DNA of 64,000 bases from Gonapodya sp. JEL0774 (GCA_027604505.1 JADIIX010000061.1:1-64000); one strand, 5' to 3'; positions 44,015 to 57,310 are shown, counted from the first letter of the stretch. A program made the numbers and translations. The notes: generated from the sequence alone by a model not told the origin.

Positions 44015-44703
44015 ATCCTCTGTGGTGTCACAGTGGCCGTCGGTAGTGTTTCAGGAGTTGATCGCAACACACGTCCAATAGCATAAAAAGTCCTGAGTTC
44101 CTGGATTGGTAGGGCATGAGAACGGTTTCTATTTCCTGTGCACCTGGTCTTCTCAACCGAACCTTGCCACATCATGCCGCCATTATCTTCGCACTTCGCT
44201 GTTTCGGGCACAAACTACTGTAATTGCAAGCAAGAGTAATCAAAGTAAACTCCTACACCAGTTTTACACTATTCAAGTGAAACTTGTCCACCGTACAAGG
44301 ATTCCCAACTACCCTCGTTCATGACATCTAACATGTAAGACGATCCCCCACGTTTTCTTGGCTGGCCGTTGCGCTGACGCTTACGTACCGATCCCAACCA
44401 GGTTCAGCTCTCTCTTTAGCATCCCTGGATACTCGGCCACCGTCAACCGGCTCGCACAAGTTGTCACACAATCACACCTCCGCAAGCTGCTACATGCAGT
44501 GTGCACATGGGGGCCGAGACGCCTGTCCTTGAGAATGACGGTTGGAGAAAATGTAGGCTCTCTTACTCGCGAACTCTGCATGCTTGCATAAAATTTATGC
44601 AATGCATTGATTACTATTCTAGCAATTCCATCTCGGTGCCGACGACGATCACCAGGTTGCTCCGACCTGCCCCCAATGCTCGTCTCGGCCAATCTCTTCC
44701 GAC

Positions 44704-47253
44704 ATGACCTGTCAAACCGACCCTGACACCGAACCCGTCAGCTCGCCGAAGGTGGACCCCGTGGTCCCCGACGATCTGCCACCCCTCCCTTGTCTCCCGT
44801 GCGATCAGCAATCCATCTCGGTAGCACCGCAGCCCCAGCCCCCGCCCCCTCCACCCGCACCACCCCCACCAACTCACCTGGCTTTACCTCCTCCACCTCC
44901 ACCTCCTCCACCTCCGTCTCACACGGGACTTTCTTCTGAGATCCCTCCTCCCCCTCCCGCACCAGGCCGCCCACCCCTCGCACCACCCCCACCTCCTGGC
45001 CAACGAAGCGTTGCAAACGGTGTGCCACCGCCCAAGCGAGCTCAGCACAAGGTGCGCCAGGTGTTTTGGAAGGCACTGCGCGACCCAGCTTCGACGATCT
45101 GGGCGAAATGGAACCGGGAGGCTCGCCTGTCTGGCCAGAAACCACCGAGAGCAGACAAGGGACCGCGCAGTTCCTCGTCCAACAATGTTGCTCTCGAGGA
45201 CTTGCTTGTGCTCGGGGGTGTGTACAACGAGGTCGACAGTGTCTTCGAAGTGAAGGCACCCGCCGCACAGGGCGGCAAAGCGATTCATTCCGGACCATCT
45301 GGAGCCCAAGGTCAACCGGCGCTCAAGGTTCTCGATGACCGAGAGTACCAACAACTTGGTGTGTCTTTGGTGTCTTCCGGGTCGTTGCAGAGAAGTGTTT
45401 GCTGACCCTCCTGTTTTGTTGCAGCGATCATGCTACGCAAGATTCGAGGTGTCCAGGAGCACGCCATCGTGAGCGGCTTCCTGACACTACACAAAGAGGT
45501 CTTGGAAGCTCCGTTTGTGTCTTTTGTCGCTGCAAAGATGTTGAAAGGAACGGTACGAGACGAGAGCGGTCCTGATTTCTCTTCTTTATGGGTCCTAAAA
45601 TCCATTTCTCCCGTCTGCACGGTGATAGTACGACGCCGTCATCAGTAACGCCGAGAGGTTTCGGGATTTCCGGGAGTACGAGAAAGTGGTCTTCAAGGTT
45701 GGTTGCACCTGGTCCCGATTCGTTTGAGGAGAGCCCTGAATTGGCTAGTCCTTCATTATAGATCGCGTCCGTCCCTCAAATCAAGGAACGGCTCCAAATT
45801 TGGACCGCGATGCACCCTCTCTCGGACGACTTGAGTAAGCTCGAGCAGGTGAGCTCACGTCTGAACTGTTTGTGTCGAGTCCAAGCGCACTGACTTTGAA
45901 TGGGCGAAATTGGTTCCGATTGCTACAGAATGGCCGCACCCTGGCGACGGCGTTGGAGTCGGTCTTTGCGAGCGAATCGCTCGCTACGGTGTTCAAGGTG
46001 AGATCCACCCGGGCAAAAGGGAATCCTCGATACATGCAGCGTTGGAATAACACAGAGCCATTTGACGTTGTTCTCAAGGCGATCCTCTTGGTGGGAAACC
46101 ACATGAACGGAAGGAACGCGAAGGTGGGCATCAGCTATCGTTATGGTGGACGAAATCTCTCGGTGTTCACAAAGAGCGTGCTTCCTCCGTATTTAGGCAG
46201 CTGCAGCTGGGCTGGAATTGAGCTCGATCGTTGCTGTAAGTGATTTAATCTGGCGGCGTTCAGCGGCATTCAAACGACGAGACAACTGACCACTTTTGTT
46301 TCATGGACAGGTTTCCCAGGACACGAAATCTAGCGACGGCAAAACCACACTGCTGGATTTCGTTGCCGGCGTTCTCGAACACCATGTCCCTTCAGCCACC
46401 GTTGGGATATTCGCAGAGTTGGAGAGCGTGTCCGCTGCGGGAGAAAGTGAGCTTCTGAGCATCTGCCTTGAAAAAATACATTTGAGGTTTGCAGATTTAC
46501 TGACCGGAATCGGTTTTCCTTATGCCTTGACAGTCAGTCTTGATGAGCTCACCAAATCCCTGTCCGACACCGAGAAACTCATCAAGAGTTCACAACAGCT
46601 CCTTGACTCCGCAATGTCCAAACCTTCGGGTGAAGGAGACACCTTCTTTTCCCACGCAAAGGGCGCTTTCCAGTCTGCCAAGGCACGCTGCCGTGGGATC
46701 AAGGAGCTGTTGAAGCGTACATCGGTGGCGTACCAAACGGCGGCGAGTGCGTTTGGAGCAGAGTCGGGCGACATGTCGGCGGAGAAACTTTTGGGGGAGT
46801 TTGCGAGATTTTTGAGGGCGTTCAAGGTTGGTTAGAACTTTGAAGGTCGAGTGGAGGATGATGGCCGATTCACCTAACGCTCTTCTTCTTCTTCAAATCC
46901 TGCAGGACGCCCTGAAGGCCACACAAGAACGCCGCGCCAAGGAGAAGGAAGCCGATAGGATGAGGAATGCGACACCAAGAAAGTTGAAATCAGCTGCAAA
47001 TGCAGCCGATGGAGAACTCAGGAAGCGTCCTCATCCTCCGACCACCTCCACCCCTTCAGCCATAGATGGCTCACGCTGTTTACCAACACCGCCAAGCGGA
47101 TCTGAGCTGGCGGTCGGTTCGAGTTGGAGCTTGTGTCTAAGTGCTGGCAGAGAAGGGGAGGAAGTGGGCAGAGTGTTGGGCAAGTCGAGCTTGAACGACT
47201 CGACCATGACGGTGGCAGCAAACGATATTCTGTGTGTGGATGGGTCGGCGTAG
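44704..47253 (+). CDS. Formin (FH1 polyproline + FH2), compact
   Basis: Polyproline tracts, then FH2 motifs KVRQVFWKAL...TIW, KVLDDREYQQL|AIMLRKI, ILLVGNHMNG and DTKSSDGKTTLLDFV, with FGAE...EKLLGEFARFL near the end. Confidence 0.88.
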
Positions 47254-49215
47254 GATGCGGAGGCGATAGAAGTTGGAGGGATAAGAACATAAATATGTGG
47301 GGGAATAATCATGAGAGTGACAACGATAGGTATGACTCCACCTCCTGCCCGCATCTGACTTTTCGCCTGTAAAGAGTAGCCGGGCACGCTTGCCAGAAAG
47401 CTTGAAACACGAGAAAAGGTACAACCGTAAATGAGGATGACGGTAGAGATGATTCAGCGGTTCCGCGCTTCGACATCTCAGCTTCATTGAATTCCAGGTT
47501 CTCATCCCCAAGGGAAGCATTTCATTTTGACGTTTACTGGCTTGCTGCCTCTCGTTTTTCATCGCGTTGGAACCATTGACCCAGGTCTGGTACAACGACA
47601 ACACCGTCACTTCATGCCGAGGATCCGTTTGGAATCAGGGAACCAACAGGAACCACGCAGCCTGATGTCTTACAACAAAGCGATCAGCTCGAAAAATCGA
47701 AGAGTTGTAGATTGGAGACGCTCACCGAATGTATCAATATTCTTGTTCGTCTCAACCTCGTGACCGAAATTGCATCTTTCACTTGTAGTCCACACCGCTC
47801 GTACAAGGTCCATGTCATGTCACTCCCGATAACATCCTATGGTATTGAAAATGTTCATGGCAGAATGACACGCTTCGAAGGATGCAGTCACTCCCGCACA
47901 GTAACCGTGACCACACTTCAGACAACATCAACCCTTCCCCTTTCAATCATGAATCCCCCCGTTGTCCTGTCCGAGATGCGTTTCGTTTTGGCTATTTGTC
48001 TCTGAGACTGGGAGTTGTTGTTTGCCTGTGGACCGATTTTCGTGTCAGAGAGTCCATGGATGAGTTCTTGATTGTCGGGCCGCGACGTGAGGTGCAGGTT
48101 TTCTCAGGTCCGTTGTGTCCCCTCCTGGTCAAAGTAAGAAAAGTCCGCCAGTCGGTGATTCAGAAAAAATAGTTTGATCAATGCTCCGAAATGCGGCAGC
48201 CCGCAGTACTGTGGCAAAGGAGCTGCTGCTACCCTTCCGCAGTCCACGCGTTTAACTGCACATTCCCCTAGAAAAGGGTCCCACTTCCCCGTGTAACTAG
48301 AAGTGCCCGGAGCACTTTGTGTGAGGATGATCAGGAGAGGCAGTCCAATCGGCCTATACTCTCCTATGGCGGCGGTATGCTGGTGGTCCCCTCTTGCGTG
48401 CCTTGGGATTACTTTTATGGTTTCCTAAACGGGCAACTCTTCGGCGGTTCGCGCGCTACCGCATGCAAACTTCGTTCTACGTGGATGGGATTTCAGAGAG
48501 CGTATGCTCTCGCCGCCCCAATCTAAAGAGTCCCGGATTACATTTCAAATTTAAACCAATGAAACAACCTCGGGCACTAGTGCTTGCTCTCCATCTTGGC
48601 GACATCGTGAAGCATGCACCGTAGAAGCATTGTAGGATTATATGAGCATAATTCCTCTACAGATAGGGTATACTTGTATTGAAACATGGAACATGCTGAA
48701 TACCTGGTCACTTCTGAATGGTTGGCTTTAGTTCAATATAATATTGTTTCCTGTACTGAGCGTCCTCTCTATCAATGTTATTTCATCTTTCGTGCTCAAG
48801 CTAAAACTATTCACGGAGTCCCCAACCGCAAGGCGTACCGTGGCTGTGACCATTCGCGTTACTGTCCTACTTCAACCATGAGCTCCGCCCGCCAATTCTA
48901 ATTATGAGCCTTACAAGGTTGTCAGCGGTGTTTTATCTCGCATACAGCGTATTTACTTCCAAGGTTTACTTCTAAACAGTTTTGAGTTTACATTGCTCCT
49001 CATGGAAGGGGGCGTGAGAAGGCTCAGCATCTTCGCTGCAATTACGACCTGCGAAGACCATGGGCATCCTCAATTACCAGGAGAGCAATTTGTCAGCCCA
49101 CTCAAAGAAATCCCTTCTTGATTCCGAAATCGCAAAGTCGCATAATTTCCATTGAATAGTATCACTGCACACCGCACTCCCACAAGACTAGAAACAGAAT
49201 ACCTCTCACCAACTC

Positions 49216-50626
49216 ATGGTCGTTCAGCAACCACCTCGAGAACGCTTATCGTATGATACCCCCCCTCTTGCATTCACTCGTGGAGATGAAATCAAGTTTT
49301 GGCCTCAATGTGAGTGTCTTGAACAAGGAAACGGGTGCAAAGGGAGACAGGGACGGATGCGGTGCCGTACAAACGAAGGGAAAGCGGGGCTCTATCCGGA
49401 CATTTGCACCAGAGGATTGGAATGGGAATACGTGCAACATAATTCGAACCGAAAAGGCTTTCGTACTTTGTTTGATAACGTAATCGGCACCCCATCCTCC
49501 CCACCCCCACCCCCCCAAGGCCCAACCACATTCTTCACCGTCACCGACCTCTCCAACCCCGTATGTCCACCCCTTTACCCCCGGACACAATCTCCCGCCC
49601 CACTCTCCCACAACCCCTTCAACCGCGGTCGCTCCTCGTGCTCCGACATGAGCTCCGACCTACCTCTGCAAAGCCGACGCAGGGACGTTGCGGCGGGCCC
49701 TCCACCCTGGCAAGCCCGTCCCGACTCGGAACTAGATGTGACGCTCGGTATGGAGTTTGGGTACGATCCGGGGATGCCACCGCTCGTGCTGGCGAGAGAG
49801 AACTCGGACGGAACCGAAACGGTGTATCCGTTCGCGTACTTTGACCGTCCCAGCAATCACATGCACGTCGATCTGGGGTACGATGCAGCGTCGTCGTGGA
49901 GGCACGGATCAGACGATGACGATGAAGATCAGGATGACGAGGATGAGGAAATATTCGAAGAACACACGTCGCACCCGGATGGCGACGACGATGACGACAG
50001 AGACTTGCCCAATTCCGAAATGGCGTACCTCTACCCTCCCGATGCTGAATCGGGAATCTACTCTGGCGACGTGTCCGGCATCCACGGTGGATTCGATCTT
50101 CCCTACCGACTCTTTTACAGCGACAACCCGTACAACGCGTACCTGGCTCGTGACCCGCTCTTCTTCCAGGACAGTCAGGGCGCTGTGGGTGAAGCTGGCT
50201 CAGACGACACCTCGGACGAAGAACCGCCTGGTCTGATCCTCGATCTCAACAGTGACGGGGACACGGACGAGCCTGTCGGAGAGTTGGGTCTTTATCACTC
50301 CTCACTAGCACCACGGTCGGATATACAAGTGCACGGCATTGGAATAGGGAGGCAGCACGGGTTCAGAGGGTTGCTGGCCTCGTTGGAGGCGGAGGCGGAG
50401 AGGATGGCCAGGAGGGAGGTGGAACTGGTGGCGGAAATCAGGGAAGAGGAGAGGAGACTGGAAGAGTTGATGAGGGTGAGTGATCTGTAGTGGGTGGTTG
50501 TTCTTTGTGTGCGAAACGGTGGTTTCACCTGCGCCGGCATGCAAATTTCTTTGGCAGCAGGTCGTCGAAGGCTTGGAAGGACGGGTCCGGGATGCTGCAA
50601 ATGATGCTTCCGTGGAGGAACCGTAG
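49216..50626 (+). CDS. Uncharacterised protein: degenerate SH3-like N-terminus, acidic middle, coiled-coil C-terminus
   Basis: 424-aa ORF. LAFTRGDEIK...GKAGLYP resembles SH3. A probable intron from 50476 adds VVEGLEGRVRDAANDASVEEP*. Confidence 0.55.
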
Positions 50627-51056
50627 CCATTGTTGTCGTTGGTGGGTGAAGTTGGATGAATGATCTGACGGGGAACATGAAACCTAACATGCGCAGCGCA
50701 GTCGATTCCCCGGCATTTCTCCGCACTCTCAAAATTGTTTTAAGCTCAGAGTATACCCTTGGCATGTTAGACGTATTGCAAATACAAGAAAGATGGTCAT
50801 GTTACAATGGGACGTTGAACATACTCCTCCGGAATCGAGCCAATCACCAGCTCAGTCCGCCCAGTGAAAGATCACGTGGACATAATCTGATGCGCGTCAT
50901 CACATGGACACGCCGTAGCCCGCCACAAAGCGCAGGACACCAAGTCTCCCCACTCCGGCAACGACATCGCCAGGTTTCGTCGCCTTAAACGCCTAGAGGC
51001 GGAAAAGAAACCATCCACGTCCACTGGTCAGTTCTCCACAGACTCGAGTATTCATT

Positions 51057-53645
51057 TTATATCGCATCACGCACCTTAACCACCACTTCCATAACCATTA
51101 CTATCACATCCACCACAATGAGCCAAATGATAATCCACGTGATTGTGTCCATCTTGGAGTGGTTGAGATGCTCAGTAAGCACATCCACGAGGTCGGAAAT
51201 AACCAGGGCACGGTGGTTCAGGACGGACGCTCGTTGGGTGATTTCGAGGTAGACTAATTTAAGGTCAAGGAACAAGCAGTGAAATAAAATTGGACGGACA
51301 ATCACACACATGCGCGGTACTCACTTCGCATGGAATTGTAACTGATTCAGCGAACAAAAAAGTCAAATATGAGAACCGCCGAAGCCCCACAGCAACGGAG
51401 ATCGTCCACTTCACAACTCACAGCGGTGCCAATTCCGGCCGGTCCCAAAACAATTCCGGGCTGTCGAGCACATTGCTGACCAAATTGACCTCTGTCCTCA
51501 CCCGAAAGAGCCCTCCCATGACCCTTACGATCTCCTCCCTGCTGAGATCAACCTCGCCTTGCGTCGCCATTTGCTGCGGAATACGACGCGTGGAGGACAG
51601 AGTGGACAGGAGGAGGGATTCGTACACAGCAAGTTTCACCGATTGAGCCACCGCGTGACTGAGAGTGAGTTTGGCGAGGTGATGGTGTGTCCGGAGGGTG
51701 AGGACATCGTTGTAAATCCTAAGAAAGGCAGGATGGGTTACAGGAAAATGGAACAAGCGGAAGAGCGGACGAGTGGATTGGATCACCACGATAGAATGGC
51801 CAGGATATCATACCATAACTCACCTTCCTCCTTCTTCCCCAATATCTGCTTGATACTCGAACTTCAAGTCCTCTATCTGCCACTCCGCCCTCTCCAAAGT
51901 CTCTTGTGCCTCCTTCTGAATCACTCCCAGCCACTTTTTCTCCTCCGCCTCTGTAAATCCCCAAAACACCACCACACCAAACGCAAAAATGAACAAGTCT
52001 CGCCGAGGTAGTACAGCAGCTGCTGACGCTGTGGTGGAGCCAGCACCAGCAGCTGTGGCTATGGAAAACGGAGAAGTGGGAAACGTGGGGGACATTGGGG
52101 AGGTCGGGGGGGTTCCAAATTGCCGGGACGGCGTTGAGGTGGGTCTGGTGGGAGAAGTTGATGCGGACCCCGTGCTCATGTCCGGACTACTGCAAACACG
52201 AGAGCAGGAGAAACATCGCACCGTAATCCATCTCATGGTTTGCACGCTCAGCCTCAATACTAGAAGCAACTCACCTTTCATCCTCTACCACCACGTATGC
52301 GGCCTCGTCATATGTGCGCCATTTCCTCCCTTGGGACTCAAACAGGGCTTGTAGGCGGGGCATGGAGTAAGAGTCGGCGGTGCAATAACCCGTTACGCGG
52401 GGAAGAGGGGTAGGGTGGGGCGGGGGAGCCTGGGAAGATGGTAAGGACGAGGCATTTGCAGACGCAAAAAAAAAACCCAGCAATATCCCCCTGTGACTTG
52501 GCTCTCCAAAGTCACAACTTTGTGCAAGCACTCACATCACCCCTCCCGACGTCCGGGACTAAAATCTCATTCTCTGCCACGAACAAAGCCCCCACATCCT
52601 CATCCCTATCTCTTCCGAATAAATCTTCATCCTCCCCGAACCCCGTTACGGTGCCACCTCCCCCGGTATTGGCTCCCGCTCCAGCAAACGGAGCCTCGTT
52701 TTGGAACATGTAATCATAGGAAGGGTCAGAGGCGTCATCGATATAGGCAAGCGGCGCAAGGTTGGGAAGCGCTACCAGCTTTTGGGTGGTTTTAGTAGTT
52801 CTTGAGTCGTTGTGGGGAAGGAGAAAAGCTTAACCCCAAGTAGACACTCACGGAAACAGTGATGGTGCTATTACTCACCTCTGCGGCTGGACCTTCCCGT
52901 CCGGCTTCGGCACATTGAGCACCGTCCCTGGCAATATCTGACGCCTCCCACTTTGAGCCCTCCAAAGAGGTGGTTGGCCGTGATGGTCGAGAGCGGATAC
53001 GTAAGCCCCAGGTAACGAGGGCACGGTGTCGTCGAAGGACGCTCTGCGTGCGGAAATGTAGCGCGACGAAGGAGGGAGATTGCCACCATCCCGAGAGAGA
53101 GCGTTGGGGTGAGATGGGGGTGACGGCAAATCCGGGAAGTCGAGGAACACCTCCGACGGTAGGGAAGTGGAGTGCGTGCGATGGGTCATGTTGTTTGAGG
53201 ACGAAGTAGCACCATAAGTAGTGGCAAATGAAGAGTAATTTTGAAACTGTGACAGATTCTGAGTGTGTCTGGCGTTTGGGGAGAGGGGGGGGTTGTGGGA
53301 TCGAGTACGAGTGCGGACACGTGGGTGTTGGGACACAGAGGAATCGGTAGAGTCAACAGCTGTCACGCCAAGCGACGTGTATGATGTATGTGCCGCATCC
53401 CCCGCAATCGTCTCTCCATGCATTTCGTCCTGGGCTGCTTCTCCAGTGTCCGCGAACCGCACACTGCTACCACCAGCAGCGCCAAAAGCACCACTTCCCC
53501 CACTATTGTTCAGTCGTCCCGCTCTTCTTGCAGTACCGCCCGGTGCAGCCCCCATCGACTCCTCTTCCACAACGGACAGAGCATCTTGCTCATCCGCCAA
53601 CAACGGTCGTGTCGTCTCTTCCATTTCTTCCCGCTGACTGTCCAT
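51057..53645 (-). CDS. RMD1: DUF155 / Rmd1-Rmd8 family protein
   Basis: PQR|TTKTTQKLVALP, RVTGYCTADSY, DLFIFAFGVVVFWGFT, RIYNDVLTL, SHAVAQSVKL, NVLDSPELFW and YLEITQRASVLNHR, with a C-terminal TM WIIIWLIVV. Confidence 0.9.
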
Positions 53646-53830
53646 TGATGTCGTTTTTCGTTGCTGTATCCTTCGAACGATATGCGACGTTCAGTATTTA
53701 GTGAGTGGGTTCAATGTTCACGACGGTAAATAAGTTTTATGAATGAACGGATGCGTCCGTTCGGGTACATAGTCAGGCAGAGATGGCCTAAAATGCATTC
53801 AAAATTTTCCGCCACCATCGATGGCACAAG

Positions 53831-54901
53831 ATGGCAAACTTTTATTCTCTCAACTTGCTGGATACGCTTCCTAATGAGCTCTGTGCTCGGATCTTATCAG
53901 CATTGCCCTTCTCCTCATTAACGCTCGTAGCGTCGTCCTCTTCCTCCCTCCGCCGCTTCATTTTCTCTGAGCCATCGCTCCTCTCCGTCATTGATTTTTA
54001 CGACAGCCAGTTTTCGCTCTCTGAACACACTACATCGTTGAACATTGACAAAGTGACAGACAAAACGATACAGATTCTCATCAGGTCACTCAAGCTGTAT
54101 GGGTCATGTTCTTTTGTCAAAAAACTGGTATTGGATGGAAGCAAGGTGACCATGCGTGGCGTGCGGGTCGCGCTCAATGAACTGGACGAACTCGTGGAGT
54201 TGTCCGTGCACCATTGCGACCAGGTCATTTTTTCGGAGCTGGACCTGAGGGAAATCTACACGACGTACTTGGATGTGCCTGTTGGTGCAGGCTCGGCTCT
54301 CGCGAAACCGAATTTTCAAGGATCACTCGATTTATGGGGTGTCCGTCCACCGCCCACCAAGCGAACCCTGCTGCGTCTGGGCATTTACGGTGTCAACTTT
54401 TTGAACTTGGTTCTTGCAGATGGTAAGGTCTCCTGGATGTCAGCAAGCGTCGGAAAAATGAGGTCGTTGCAGCTACCCGTGGGATTCCTGACAGCACCGA
54501 AATGCGTTGTCCCGCGGTGTAGATATGAAGCGACAGGGGAGGGCGGATTGGGAGGAAGATGTGAAACTTGTGGAGTAAAGAGCTATGGTGGGTCTGTAGA
54601 GGATGGTTACCGGGGAGGGAAGCGTCTGCCTCAAGCTTATGAATGCCACACCAATACCAAAGCTTGTTCCTACCATATGGCGCTTTCTGCACCCCGAATG
54701 TGTAGTTTCTGCCTGGGCTCGCTCCCCGGATGCGCTTGGTGCGATCTCGACTTGCTTGCTCTCTCTGACGTACAAGGAAGCATTTGCAGTAACTGCTTCC
54801 GGGGATTCGTATGTGCAAGGTGCTCTCCTCCCTCCAGTGAGTACTTTCTTGACACAACGTCACTAGTTGGGAGGATGTTATTCTCTGTTTCCCCATCTTG
54901 A
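53831..54901 (+). CDS. F-box protein with LRR-like segment and Cys-rich C-terminus
   Basis: F-box LLDTLPNELCARILSALPFSSL; LRR-like VKKLVLDGSKVT and LVELSVHHCDQV; several CxxC motifs. Confidence 0.75.
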   Translation: MANFYSLNLLDTLPNELCARILSALPFSSLTLVASSSSSLRRFIFSEPSLLSVIDFYDSQFSLSEHTTSLNIDKVTDKTIQILIRSLKLYGSCSFVKKLVLDGSKVTMRGVRVALNELDELVELSVHHCDQVIFSELDLREIYTTYLDVPVGAGSALAKPNFQGSLDLWGVRPPPTKRTLLRLGIYGVNFLNLVLADGKVSWMSASVGKMRSLQLPVGFLTAPKCVVPRCRYEATGEGGLGGRCETCGVKSYGGSVEDGYRGGKRLPQAYECHTNTKACSYHMALSAPRMCSFCLGSLPGCAWCDLDLLALSDVQGSICSNCFRGFVCARCSPPSSEYFLDTTSLVGRMLFSVSPS

Positions 54902-55244
54902 ATCGAGGAACTTTCCGCACTTCATTCACGTTTCCGTTGTATCTTCTAGCTCTTTATACTCACACTGACTCGAAATTGTGCGATTTGTGCTTCCGAGTGG
55001 GAGAACGTGTGGAGAGCAGGACTTTCTGGTCGTGAACGGATGGGAAGACTACCACGTAGCGTAAAGGTTTGAGCGTACAAGTTCGTGCAAGGACTTCTTC
55101 TTTCGCATGGTTTTTGAGATCAAAAGTTTGTTCCTTTGAGGCAAATAAATCATTTTGGCGAGGCTTGGCTGAGGCCGGATCTGCGTTCCAAATACGGCAA
55201 AAAATCCGTGATCCTCCTCCGCTTTTCATATAGAGGAATCCCTG

Positions 55245-56991
55245 ATGCATTTCCCATTTGCCCGAACACGGTCGAGTGTCATTCGCCTCGGCATCGCCCT
55301 ATCCGCCGTCTTCCTGTCTCTGCTTCCGTCGTTGGGCCACACTCGCTCGTCCAGAATTGTGGCTCGACAAATTATCCTGAACCCCAAATCAAACAATCAC
55401 ACACTTTCCATCGATGGGATCACCATCGATAGCATAGTCGCTTTTGGGGACTCGTTGACAGATATCGGTGGGTGTGGCTTCAACAGGTTCTTCCCTTGTC
55501 TCGCCCTCTTACACTCATTTCCAAATGAATCGTACTCCCATGCTTTTGATGACTGATGCACGACACTTGACATTGGGTACTACGACGCTTTCATCATTCT
55601 TACTTCCTTCAGGGAGCTTTTTCCTCGAGAGTGACGGTATCCCGTCGAGTCCCTACTTTAATGGCCGATATTCAAATGGACCTCTCTACATTGAGTACAT
55701 GGCCAATAAAACGGGAGCAACACTCGTCAATTTTGCGTTCGCTGGAGCTACAACCGGCTCTTCTGGGAACAAAGTGAGCGAGATAGCGCATCAGAATCTT
55801 TGCCGAGTCTGACAGAGGGTTTCCTAATCATACAGACCGTAATGAATCTTCCAGCTGCTAATGCGATCACCGTTGATACGCTTAGTCTTTCTGGACAGGT
55901 CGAGCTTTACCTCTCAGAGCCGTACGTTGTGATTGAAATATGCCGATGTCATAAGGCAAAGAATCATCCATCCACACACCCGTTCAATTAAACTCTACCA
56001 GAAACACTATTGAAAACAAGGGAACAGTTCACCTTATCAACATAGGCATGTTTGATTACATCGACTACCTTACGGCAATCGCTTCTGGGGGCGCAGGCGC
56101 ATCCAATACCGAGGCCATCACAACCTCTGTGGTGTCAAACATCACTGCAGCTATCACTCGCCTGAACACGCAAGGGGCGAATACCTTTGTGATTGTTGGC
56201 TTATCAGACCTCTCTATTCTCCCCGTGAGTTCAAGTTGCTATTAGTTGCTATGTCGCTACAAAGAAGCTCTAATCAAAGATGCCCCCCCACCAACTCTTC
56301 AGATCGTGAACAATGTCCAAAAATTATCATCTGCTGTGGGAACTTTGTTCACCTCGTCTTTGGCTGAAATCACCTCGAAACACAACAGCAAACTTCAAGC
56401 TGCTTTGACGACTTTTGCCGCTTCTTCGGGCTCTTCCTCGAGTGGTCTTCGCGTGAGGTTCATAAACATGGCCTCGGACGCGACTGTGACCGCCGCGCGC
56501 GCCAAGTTTTCGGCGGTCACTGAGTGTTTGTCATCATCGAAAGTGGGACTGGACCTGTGAGTTCACGATTTCCGCAAAGTTTTAGTTGTAGTAACACGCG
56601 CTTTAACACTTCCATCAGTGCTGGTCCTTACACGGCTTGCACTGATCCAGCGGCGCACTGGTTTTGGGACTACTTGCACCCCACCACCCAAGGTTGGTGC
56701 GATCATTGTTCATAGCCAGCTGTTCCACGTCGTTAACTCCTTACTTCAACTGAACCCCCATGTGTAGCGCACAGTGCCATCGCGGATGTTATAATTTCCC
56801 AACTCCAGACCGTTGCATCGTCTGTTGCTGGATCTCCCCCAAGCCCTTCGGCCGCGAGTCCGTCTTCAGTGAGTTCTCCTACCGCTGCCTCCCCGAGTGC
56901 GAAGTCAGGAGGGGCAATGAGGAGCAGGGGGTGGGCGGAAGTGATTGCTGGACTTACGATCGGAGGCGTTGCAACCAGTTTATTCTTATGA
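55245..56991 (+). CDS. Secreted GDSL/SGNH esterase (CE16-like), probably GPI-anchored
   Basis: Signal peptide; block I IVAFGDSLTDIG; GRYSNG; block II NFAFAGAT; block V FWDYLHPT; Ser/Pro linker and hydrophobic end VIAGLTIGGVATSLFL*. Confidence 0.9.
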
Positions 56992-57310
56992 AGTCGCCAA
57001 TTTTGGACAGCATTCCAGCTACATACAAGTTATTCGTAATTACATCAACAGTGTAAACAAATTCTAGCATTTCATATTAAATGATTATGCGACTGAACCG
57101 GTCCTACTTTCTTGCGGTCTGTCCGTTGATGACGTTTTTAAATTTCAAATGTCGCAATGACTCCGACTTCCTAAATTTCCCAACGGTGTGTATGAGATCA
57201 GGAAGCAGATTATGGTTCGACGAGGGGTGGAAGTCTTCGCGAGTGGTCTTCGCAACGTAGGAAGTATATATAACTCAAGACAACTCCAAACGCATTCCAT
57301 TTCCGACAAT

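Noticed and set aside
47700..48170. Minus-strand fragments CGHGYC and RCNFGH suggesting RING or CCCH fingers
   Set aside because: I could not join them with canonical splice sites into an open frame.
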